Part shown: piece after piece, positions 27,643 through 34,870 of the stretch | Numbering within the stretch: the first letter of the stretch is position 1 | Layout: each line of letters begins with the position of its first letter | Assembly (NCBI GenBank): GCA_964514655.1 | Contig: CAZEQY010000005.1 | Location: 37,589 to 101,588, forward strand | Reading direction: 5' to 3' | DNA: 64,000 nt | Source of the DNA: an uncultured bacterium | GTDB lineage: Bacteria > Chlamydiota > Chlamydiia > Chlamydiales > FEN-1388 | Notes under the pieces: generated by a model | Databases searched by the model: none | What the model saw: only the letters and a program-made list of their open reading frames with translations | What the model was told of the DNA's origin: nothing | Translations under genes and position numbers: made by a program

Positions 27643-28529
27643 ACCTTATGTCATTTTTAGGCCTGATAGTTATAGCCTGCCTTATCTTTATTGCCGGCTA
27701 TAAAATTGCGTTAGGACGTAAGAAAAAAGAGCGTAAGGATGAGCCTCTTGCCGTTCTTATCCACGACTTTATAGAAGCTACTCCCCTTAGCGATCACGAC
27801 AAAAAGCTTTTGCAGTCCGTACTTACTTTTCAAGACCGTATTGTGCGTGAGGTTATGGTGCCAAGAGTAGACCTCTTTTGCCTACCGGAAAGCTGCACCA
27901 TTCGACAAGCTGCCTTAAGTATGCAAAAAGAGGGTTATAGCCGCGTGCCGGTGTACAAAAACACGCAAGACCATATTGTAGGCGTGCTTATGTATAAGGA
28001 CATACTAGCCAAGTATATGGAGCATGAGTCTCAAGCTAAAGATACAGACTTTCTCGATGAGCCTATAGAAGACTTGGTAAAAAATGTTCTTTATACACCA
28101 GAAACAAAAAAGATATCGCTTCTGTTGCAAGAATTTTGCAAAAAGCAGATGCACCTTGCAGTTGTTGTGGACGAATATGGCGGCACTGCAGGCGTCATTA
28201 CCATTGAAGATATTTTGGAAGAGATCGTAGGTGAAATTGCCGACGAATATGACGAAGCTGAAGTGCTTGTAATGCCCGCAGGAAAAGGTAGCTGGATTGT
28301 TGATGGACGCATGAACTTGCTAGATCTATCTGAGCAAATAGGTATAAAAATTCCCCAAGAGCGCGAATATGACACGGTGGCCGGCTATATCTTCTTTCGT
28401 CTTGGTACGATACCTAAAAAGGGCGTGGTGCTGCACCACGATGATTTTGATATCGAAATTCTCCATTCTAAAGATCGCTTTGTAGAAAAAGTAAAGATCT
28501 CTACTCATCCGAAAGGTAGCCACTCATGA
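27630..28529 (+). CDS. corC: CorC/YbeX-like CBS-pair plus CorC_HlyC domain protein with an N-terminal TM helix
   Basis: VVVDEYGGTAGVITIEDILEEIVGEIADEYD is present. Its position just after ybeY conserves the ybeY-ybeX synteny. Confidence 0.8.
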   Translation: MSEIDLMSFLGLIVIACLIFIAGYKIALGRKKKERKDEPLAVLIHDFIEATPLSDHDKKLLQSVLTFQDRIVREVMVPRVDLFCLPESCTIRQAALSMQKEGYSRVPVYKNTQDHIVGVLMYKDILAKYMEHESQAKDTDFLDEPIEDLVKNVLYTPETKKISLLLQEFCKKQMHLAVVVDEYGGTAGVITIEDILEEIVGEIADEYDEAEVLVMPAGKGSWIVDGRMNLLDLSEQIGIKIPQEREYDTVAGYIFFRLGTIPKKGVVLHHDDFDIEILHSKDRFVEKVKISTHPKGSHS

Positions 28530-30034
28530 CGATCTTTGTTGTGGCTTTAGTGGGCGTTGTTTCACTTATCTTTCTTTACTGGCGAAGAAAAGCCGAACAG
28601 TCTCAAGAACAGCTTGCAAAAGAGCTTATTAAGCAAGCGGAGCATAAAGCTGCCAAAATCATTGAACAGGCAAAGCTTGATGCAAAACAAGTTGTGATGC
28701 ACGTTGATCTCAATAAAAGCTCTCTTGAAAAAGAGGCTCGCGAGCTTGCTCAAAAAGAAGAGCTGATCGAGCGAGAGAAAGCTAAGCTAAAAACGCTGAT
28801 GCAGGACCTTGAAAAGCGCGAAAAGAAGCTACAGCAAGATCTTATACAGTATAGCAAAGAAGTAAGCCTTACAGCAGATGAAGCCCGCAAGATGCTTTTT
28901 GCAAAAGCTGAAGCTGAAATCGAAGCCGATATTGCCTCTTTATACCAACAAAAGCGTCATGACTGTGAACAGCAAGTAGAGCGATATCAGCACTCTTTAG
29001 TTATTCAAACACTCTCACGCCTACCCCAAAAGGTGCTTCACGACGCTTCAATTAGCGAGGTGTCACTGCCAAGTGAAGAAATAAAAGCAAAAATTATTGG
29101 CCGTGAAGGTAAAAACATAAAAGCCTTCCAGCAGCTTACCGGAGTTACGTTAGTTGTTGATGAAACGCCAGAGGTTATCACCCTTTCATCTTTTGATCTT
29201 GAAAGGCGCGAGCTTGCTAAAATAGCTCTAGAAGAACTTATCAAAGATGGTCGCATTACGCAAGGTCGCATCGAAGAAGAGGTTCAAAAGGCTAAAAGCA
29301 TGCTCGATAAACAGCTTGTGCAGTATGGCCAAAAGGCAGTGGATGTGCTGCATCTTCATGGTGTTCATCCTAGCCTATTGCTCCATCTTGGCCGTTTGCA
29401 GCTACGTACAAGCCTTGGTCAAAACCTGCTTGAGCATTCTATTGAAGTTGCTCAAATTATGGGGCTACTTGCTGCTGAACTTAAGCTTAACATATCAAAA
29501 GCCATGAGAATGGGCCTGCTTCACGATATAGGCAAGGCTGTAACGCAAGATACTCCCCTTTCACATGCCCTTAGTGGATATAGGCTTTGTCTTGATGCTA
29601 ATGAGCCAGAAGAAATTGCAAACGGAGTTGGCTGTCACCACGATGAAATGCCTGCTAGCTCTTTAGAAGCTCAGCTTGTGAAGTTTGCAGACTATTTATC
29701 GGGAGCTCGAAGAGGAGCACGTGCTGGAAATAGCGATAGCTACTTTAAGCGCCTTGAAGATTTTGAAGCCCTTGCCAAAAGTTTTCCCGGGGTAAAAACG
29801 GCATTTAGCGTTTCATCTGGTCGCGAGCTTCAGGTCTTTGTCCGCCCCGAAGTTATCGACGATACCCAGGCTCACATGCTTGCAAAGCAAATTGCCGAAA
29901 AGGCAAAAGCTCTTAGCCCCACCCACCGCATCCAAATTAGCGTCATCAGGGAAACGAAGGCTGTAGAATATACCCATTCAAGTTCAAGAGTTGGCTTTTT
30001 TGCGCGCCAAAGTCCCGCGATTGAAGAGATTTAA
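28526..30034 (+). CDS. rny: Ribonuclease Y
   Basis: N-terminal TM helix and coiled coil, KH motif IIGREGKNIKAFQQLTGV and HD motif LLHDIGKA. The last ~20 codons and the stop lie inside a palindromic element (see findings). Confidence 0.9.
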   Translation: MTIFVVALVGVVSLIFLYWRRKAEQSQEQLAKELIKQAEHKAAKIIEQAKLDAKQVVMHVDLNKSSLEKEARELAQKEELIEREKAKLKTLMQDLEKREKKLQQDLIQYSKEVSLTADEARKMLFAKAEAEIEADIASLYQQKRHDCEQQVERYQHSLVIQTLSRLPQKVLHDASISEVSLPSEEIKAKIIGREGKNIKAFQQLTGVTLVVDETPEVITLSSFDLERRELAKIALEELIKDGRITQGRIEEEVQKAKSMLDKQLVQYGQKAVDVLHLHGVHPSLLLHLGRLQLRTSLGQNLLEHSIEVAQIMGLLAAELKLNISKAMRMGLLHDIGKAVTQDTPLSHALSGYRLCLDANEPEEIANGVGCHHDEMPASSLEAQLVKFADYLSGARRGARAGNSDSYFKRLEDFEALAKSFPGVKTAFSVSSGRELQVFVRPEVIDDTQAHMLAKQIAEKAKALSPTHRIQISVIRETKAVEYTHSSSRVGFFARQSPAIEEI

Positions 30035-30131
30035 AATGCGCCCATATTACAATATGAGCGCATTTTAAATCTTTCAAGCCCGGGCCTTTCGCGCAGCAAA
30101 AAAACCAACTCTTGAACTTGAATGGGTATAT
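29968..30131. repeat. 164-bp near-perfect palindrome (long hairpin element) overlapping the rny 3' end
   Basis: The outer 27 bp are perfect: atatacccattcaagttcaagagttgg (29968-29994) against ccaactcttgaacttgaatgggtatat (30105-30131). Inner pairing is aaaatgcgc/gcgcatttt and catatt/aatatg around a 2-nt centre (30049-30050). The middle of the arms is imperfect. Confidence 0.85.
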
Positions 30132-30217
30132 ACCCACTAAATTGGAAAGTTGCCCACATATTTTGTTGAAAAACAATCGGATTTAGGGCAAAATTTTGCC
30201 CACAAACGGAGAAACTC

Positions 30218-32185
30218 ATGCGCAGATCAATTTGCTACTTTGAACCAGGTTCTGTTTTAGCCGGAGAGGTGAATACCTGGAAGTTTATCTATACCCCTGC
30301 GGTTGCACTTCCAAAAGGGTCATTATTAAAATTTGATTTATGTAGCAAAGGGCGTGCTATTGACTGGGAAACACCTGAAACAAGCCTTAAAGAGCAGTCG
30401 AATATTATCTACGCACAGTTAGAAAATGGCAAGGTGCTCCAGGCAAAACCGGTGGATGTGCCGCAAAGCTATGTGCCTCAATATGAGTTTTCGCTCCCAC
30501 AAGAGATTCCGGGCGGCTCTAGCATTACTATTTCTGTTGGTGCTCCTAAGGGAAAAGACCCTGTAAAGTATGGTAACCGCGCTCAAGCAGCTATCCAGAG
30601 AAGAAGACCCTTTTTGCTTTATATCGACCCATCAGGAAAAGGCAACTTTCAAGATCCAGAGACCTTTAGCATAGATATCAAGGGCAATGTCCTTTCTACA
30701 ATTAGAATCCTAGCCCCCTCTGTAACGACAAAAAACCGTCGTTTTGACGTTGTATTGCGCTTTGAAGATGAGTTTGGCAACCTAACAAATAACGCTCCGG
30801 AACAGACTCTCATAGAACTTAGCCACGAAAATCTACGCGAGAACCTAAAGTGGAAGCTCTTTGTTCCTGAAACTGGCTTTATAGCCCTTCCGAACCTTTA
30901 TTTTAATGAGCCCGGTGTCTATACGATCGAGCTTACGAATGTTAAGACAAAGCAGAAGTTTCATTCATGCCCGATTAAGTGCTTTGGTCACGATGTCAAA
31001 AACCTTTTCTGGGGTGTTCTGCACGGCGAATCTGAGCGCTTTGACTCAACAGAAAATATCGAAAGCTGCCTACGCCATTTTCGCGACGAAAAGTCCGTTA
31101 ACTTTTTTGCTGTATCCCCTTTTGAGAATACTGAAGAGACTTCTAACGAAACTTGGAAGCAGATTTCACAAAGTGTTGAAGAGCTTGATGAAGAAGAACG
31201 CTTTGCAGCACTGCTTGGTGAGCAGTGGGTCGGTGAGCCTAAGGTAGAAGGTATTCGTCAGATTATCTTTGCCAAAGGCGAAAAAGGCATTTTGCGCAAA
31301 AAAGAACAGCGCTCCAATGCCTTGAAGAAGATCTACAAGATCTTTTCACCAAAAGAAATACTTTCAATCCCCTGCTTTACCATGGGTAAGGGTTTTGACT
31401 ACAACTTTGATGATTTTAATCCTGACTTTGAGCGCGTAGTAGAGATATATAACGCTTGGGGATCTTCTGAATGCACCGTGAAAGAAGGAAATACAAAGCC
31501 AATTAAAGGTCCTGCCAAGCGCGGCATCAATGAAGCGCAAGAAGGATCATGTCTTAAGGCCCTTCTTGAAGGCAAACGCTTTGGTTTTGTCGGCGGTGGT
31601 CTTGACGATCGCGGTATATATGCAGATTTTTTTGAAAATGATCAAGAGCAGTACTCACCTGGTATTACCGGTGTCTATAGCGATACATTGTCACGCTCTA
31701 ACATATTTGAAGGCGTATATAACAGAAACTGCTATGCAACTACCGGTGAGCGCATCATCGTAGGTTTGCAGCTAGCCGGCCATCCTATGGGTAGCGAGAT
31801 TGATAGTGCTTTAAAGCCGGGCCTTGCAGTAAACCGCCACCTTTCCGGCTATGTTGCAGGTACAAAACCGCTAACGAAAGTGGAGCTTTTACGTAATGGC
31901 AAGGTGCTAAAGACCTATACGCCGGATGCTCTATCGCTAGATTTTACCTATGATGACATGGACAACCTTGCAGACTGCTGCATTACGGCAAAAGATAAAA
32001 AACCTTTTGTATTTTACTACCTAAGAGTGACGCAAAATGATGGCCACATGGCTTGGACATCGCCTATTTGGGTGGATTTTAAAGATAGCGGCATTCGCTT
32101 TACCAACAAAAAGCCTGCAGAAAAGCCAACAAAACCAAATGAAGCTAAGGTTGCAGTCAAAAAACCAGTTAAAAAGAAGAAATAG
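30218..32185 (+). CDS. Conserved hypothetical protein (possibly DUF3604/PHP-like) with a Lys-rich C-terminal tail
   Basis: 655-aa ORF with RBS ACGGAG. FWGVLHGESERFD weakly resembles metal-dependent phosphoesterase N-motifs. The C-terminus is KKPAEKPTKPNEAKVAVKKPVKKKK. Confidence 0.6.
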   Translation: MRRSICYFEPGSVLAGEVNTWKFIYTPAVALPKGSLLKFDLCSKGRAIDWETPETSLKEQSNIIYAQLENGKVLQAKPVDVPQSYVPQYEFSLPQEIPGGSSITISVGAPKGKDPVKYGNRAQAAIQRRRPFLLYIDPSGKGNFQDPETFSIDIKGNVLSTIRILAPSVTTKNRRFDVVLRFEDEFGNLTNNAPEQTLIELSHENLRENLKWKLFVPETGFIALPNLYFNEPGVYTIELTNVKTKQKFHSCPIKCFGHDVKNLFWGVLHGESERFDSTENIESCLRHFRDEKSVNFFAVSPFENTEETSNETWKQISQSVEELDEEERFAALLGEQWVGEPKVEGIRQIIFAKGEKGILRKKEQRSNALKKIYKIFSPKEILSIPCFTMGKGFDYNFDDFNPDFERVVEIYNAWGSSECTVKEGNTKPIKGPAKRGINEAQEGSCLKALLEGKRFGFVGGGLDDRGIYADFFENDQEQYSPGITGVYSDTLSRSNIFEGVYNRNCYATTGERIIVGLQLAGHPMGSEIDSALKPGLAVNRHLSGYVAGTKPLTKVELLRNGKVLKTYTPDALSLDFTYDDMDNLADCCITAKDKKPFVFYYLRVTQNDGHMAWTSPIWVDFKDSGIRFTNKKPAEKPTKPNEAKVAVKKPVKKKK

Positions 32186-32231
32186 AACTTGATAAACTAT
32201 ATATGAATAGTTTATATTAGGAGCACAAATT

Positions 32232-32501
32232 ATGGCTAAATTAGTATTTCAAAATACCGGCGAAGAAGTAGAAGTTGAAGATGATGGATCTATTGCGCAA
32301 GTCTGCGAAGAGGCTGGCGTCCCCTTTGCTTGTACTGAAGGCGTATGCGGAACCTGTATTGTTGAAGTTGTAGAAGGTCATGAGAACCTTTCAGAGCCTA
32401 CCCAAGCAGAAATTGATTTTCTTGGAGAATCCGGCACAAAGCGCGAGCGTATGTGCTGTCAGGCAAAAATCAAACATGGCCTTGTAAAAATATCATTTTA
32501 G
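32232..32501 (+). CDS. 2Fe-2S ferredoxin
   Basis: CTEGVCGTCIVEV...MCCQAKI gives the CX4CX2C...C ligand spacing. RBS TTAGGAG. Confidence 0.8.
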   Translation: MAKLVFQNTGEEVEVEDDGSIAQVCEEAGVPFACTEGVCGTCIVEVVEGHENLSEPTQAEIDFLGESGTKRERMCCQAKIKHGLVKISF

Positions 32502-32510
32502 GAAGATGTT

Positions 32511-33137
32511 ATGAAAGAATCTATTACACGCGAAATGACAATAAACGAGATTTTTGCCAAGTTTCCTGCCAAGGCGCAAAAGCTTGCTCAAGAACTCACA
32601 CGATCTGGCTTAAACTGCGTTGGCTGTTCGGCTTCGACATGGGAAACCGTAGAATCTGGCGTTCTTCGTCATGGCATGAATGAACAAGACCTTAATGACC
32701 TTTTAGATCGCCTCAATACCGTTCTTCTTCATGAATCAGACCCAACAACAGTAACTCTTACTCCAAACGCTGCTCAGGTGTTTTTGCGCATCAGCAGCCA
32801 GGAAGGTAAAGAAGGCTGGGCCCTTCGTTTTGACGAAAAGCCAGCTGGCTGTAGCGGTTTTGAGTATGTGCTTGGCTTTTCAGAAAAGGCTGGCCCAAAT
32901 GACGAAGTATATCATTCTAACGGCGTAGACATCCACGTCTATAAACAAGCTCTTGGCCGCCTCCAAGGCTGCGAAATCGACTACGTCGATGGCCTACAAT
33001 CAGGCTTTAAAATCACAAATCCAAACGTAAGCACTTCATGCGGCTGCGGCTCTAGCCACGGCTACGACGACGAAGTCATGGAAAACGAAACCGGAGGCTG
33101 CGGCTCCGGCGGTTGTGGTTCCGGCGGCTGCTGTTAA
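32511..33137 (+). CDS. DUF1858-like domain fused to an IscA/HesB-type Fe-S cluster insertion domain, with a Gly/Cys tail
   Basis: The N-terminus TINEIFAKFP...GLNCVGCSAS looks like the DUF1858/ScdA_N type. The IscA core is RFDEKPAGCSGFEY ... NPNVSTSCGCGSS. The tail is GGCGSGGCGSGGCC. Confidence 0.7.
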   Translation: MKESITREMTINEIFAKFPAKAQKLAQELTRSGLNCVGCSASTWETVESGVLRHGMNEQDLNDLLDRLNTVLLHESDPTTVTLTPNAAQVFLRISSQEGKEGWALRFDEKPAGCSGFEYVLGFSEKAGPNDEVYHSNGVDIHVYKQALGRLQGCEIDYVDGLQSGFKITNPNVSTSCGCGSSHGYDDEVMENETGGCGSGGCGSGGCC

Positions 33138-33151
33138 GGTATTTGTTCTTA

Positions 33152-33243
33152 AGCCCGTTAGGGCGACTGCCTATAGCCCACAGCGACCAACGGGAGCTGT
33201 GGGAAATGAAGCTCCATCTCCTTAGAGCCCTTCAGGGCGACTG
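33152..33243 (+). repeat. REP-like composite repeat (52-nt unit + 22-nt spacer + 18-nt partial unit), left flank of the RAYT gene
   Basis: The unit is agcccgttagggcgactgcctatagcccacagcgaccaacgggagctgtggg (33152-33203), with the internal stem cccacagc/gctgtggg. The partial unit agcccttcagggcgactg (33226-33243) overlaps the last codons of the RAYT gene. Confidence 0.85.
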
Positions 33244-33690
33244 ATCTTTATTATTCACATCAGCCATCCATTTGATACCCCAAAGTTTATTCAAGTTATC
33301 TATCTCTTGGTCAAAAGTGTCTGTTTTATGGTGTTCTTTTTGGTTTTCAATGTATTTTGTGAGCGCATCTATATGTGTTACGGAACACGAAAAAGCTCCA
33401 TAACCTTCTTGCCAACTAAAGTCCTTAATACCCTGCGTTTTCATCCAGCTTGTGCTATATGACTTTAATTCTTTCATCAGTGTGCTGAGTGCTACAGAAG
33501 CATGTAATTTTAGCATCATATGAATATGATCACTCATGCCATTTACTTTTAAAATTGGAACCTGTCTCTTACGAGCGATACCTCCAAAATAACTATAGAG
33601 TCTGTTTTCTAGATCAAATGGAATAAGCGGCGACCTATTTTTCGTTGAGAAAATTACATGCAGATAAATTTCTACAGAGCTATGAGACAT
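33232..33690 (-). CDS. IS200/IS605-family Y1 (HUH) transposase-like protein, RAYT-like
   Basis: LHVIFSTKNR, the HUH motif DHIHMMLKL, WQEGYGAFS and the catalytic-Tyr helix TKYIENQKEHH. The protein is 152 aa and is flanked by inverted REP-like repeats. Confidence 0.85.
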   Translation of the reverse strand: MSHSSVEIYLHVIFSTKNRSPLIPFDLENRLYSYFGGIARKRQVPILKVNGMSDHIHMMLKLHASVALSTLMKELKSYSTSWMKTQGIKDFSWQEGYGAFSCSVTHIDALTKYIENQKEHHKTDTFDQEIDNLNKLWGIKWMADVNNKDQSP

Positions 33691-33719
33691 ACGCTATTCC
33701 TTATTCTAGTCTATCTTAT

Positions 33720-33810
33720 CAGTCGCCCTAACGGGCTCCCCTCGTGGATATTCCCTTTCCCACAGCTCCCGTTGGTCGCTATGGGCTATAGGCGGTCGCC
33801 CTAACGGGCT
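33720..33810 (-). repeat. REP-like composite repeat, right flank of the RAYT gene (inverted relative to the left flank)
   Basis: cagtcgccctaacgggct (33720-33737) is the exact reverse complement of the first 18 nt of the unit. A full unit in reverse orientation sits at 33759-33810 with 2 mismatches. Confidence 0.85.
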
Positions 33811-33835
33811 CTTACTTGAGGCCACCTCGAACAAG

Positions 33836-33962
33836 AGCCCGCCAGGGGCGACTGCTTACAGCCCACAGCGACCAGCGGGAGCTGTGGGAAAAGAAGTTGC
33901 CTTCCCCTAGAGCCTGTTAGGGCGACTGCCTATAGCCCACAGCGACCAACGGGAGCTGTGGG
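33836..33962 (+). repeat. Two further REP-like units in direct tandem (75-nt period)
   Basis: Units at 33836-33888 (variant) and 33911-33962 (near identical to 33152-33203). The first unit is head-to-head with the 33759-33810 unit. Confidence 0.85.
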
Positions 33963-33977
33963 GGTGGGGATATTGTA

Positions 33978-34802
33978 TTATTGATGTTTCCAGGTGACGG
34001 AGAAGTCTTTGCCGTCATTTTTTAGGTCTGATGTGGCTGCTTTCATGGTGCCTTTTTTGGCTTCCATGTTTAGTAGCTCTGCTTGCCATGAGCCTTGGTC
34101 GATGTAGCCTGTTTTGCCGTTGATGGTGGCTTGGCAGTCTGTCATCGTTACATTGCTAAAGTTAGCAAGTGGCAATACGCCATCGGCTGTAGCTGGAGCT
34201 TCTACAATCCACTCTGCTGAGCTTCGCTTGGTGCCGGGAGCTACTGTGTGAGAAGTTGGCACGGTTGTTGTTACGCTCTTTGTGTGGTTGTTGAGCACAA
34301 GCTTATAGGTGTTGTTTCCTTGGTAGGTAACACTTGCTGAAATAACATCACCCGGTTCTACAGGAAAGCCTTTTAGCTGGTGAGGATATTTGGGATACAT
34401 CTCAAACCATGCGTAGTGCTCTTCTTTACCGTTATCCCAATCGTGTTCAGTACCAATTTGCTGTACAGAGCCGCTGCCGTAGCCATCAATTCCTACCCAT
34501 ATTGAGCAGTATGTTGCATCTTTTGATGATGTTATATGTGGCACGGTCCATGTTCCAGAGACCATAGAAACAGCGCCTGCTTGAGGATTTTTTAGGCCGG
34601 TAGCTGCAGCGTAGCCGCTCCAGTTTTCGCTTGTACCATCACGTAGTTTTATGTGATGTGGCGTAGGGTTTTTTCTTCCGCGAGGATGTACCTGACAATC
34701 TATTCGACGTAGTACCTTAAAGGGCAATACTTTCTTCTGTTCTGCCCAACCACTCGTAAACGTGATTATAAAGGCAAACGTTAACACGCACAAATTTTTC
34801 AT
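33978..34802 (-). CDS. Peptidase family G1 (eqolisin / former A4) glutamic peptidase, secreted
   Basis: Signal peptide MKNLCVLTFAFIITFTSGWA. Motifs are ENWSGYAA, YCSIWVGIDGYGSGSVQQIGTEHD (catalytic Gln context) and SAEWIVEAP (catalytic Glu context). Confidence 0.6.
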   Translation of the reverse strand: MKNLCVLTFAFIITFTSGWAEQKKVLPFKVLRRIDCQVHPRGRKNPTPHHIKLRDGTSENWSGYAAATGLKNPQAGAVSMVSGTWTVPHITSSKDATYCSIWVGIDGYGSGSVQQIGTEHDWDNGKEEHYAWFEMYPKYPHQLKGFPVEPGDVISASVTYQGNNTYKLVLNNHTKSVTTTVPTSHTVAPGTKRSSAEWIVEAPATADGVLPLANFSNVTMTDCQATINGKTGYIDQGSWQAELLNMEAKKGTMKAATSDLKNDGKDFSVTWKHQ

Positions 34803-34870
34803 GGGAATACTCCATTTTTTTGTTTCACGTTAACGCTTGTAGTGGAACAAAAAAATGAAAGCAATAGAAA

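Noticed and set aside
33152-33962. Possible CRISPR array, suggested by regularly spaced ~52-nt repeats with a 74-75-nt period
   Set aside because: The repeats occur in both orientations, the 22-nt spacers are themselves similar to each other, and there are only 4-6 units. No cas genes are present, and a Y1 transposase is embedded in the locus. This fits a REP/RAYT locus instead.
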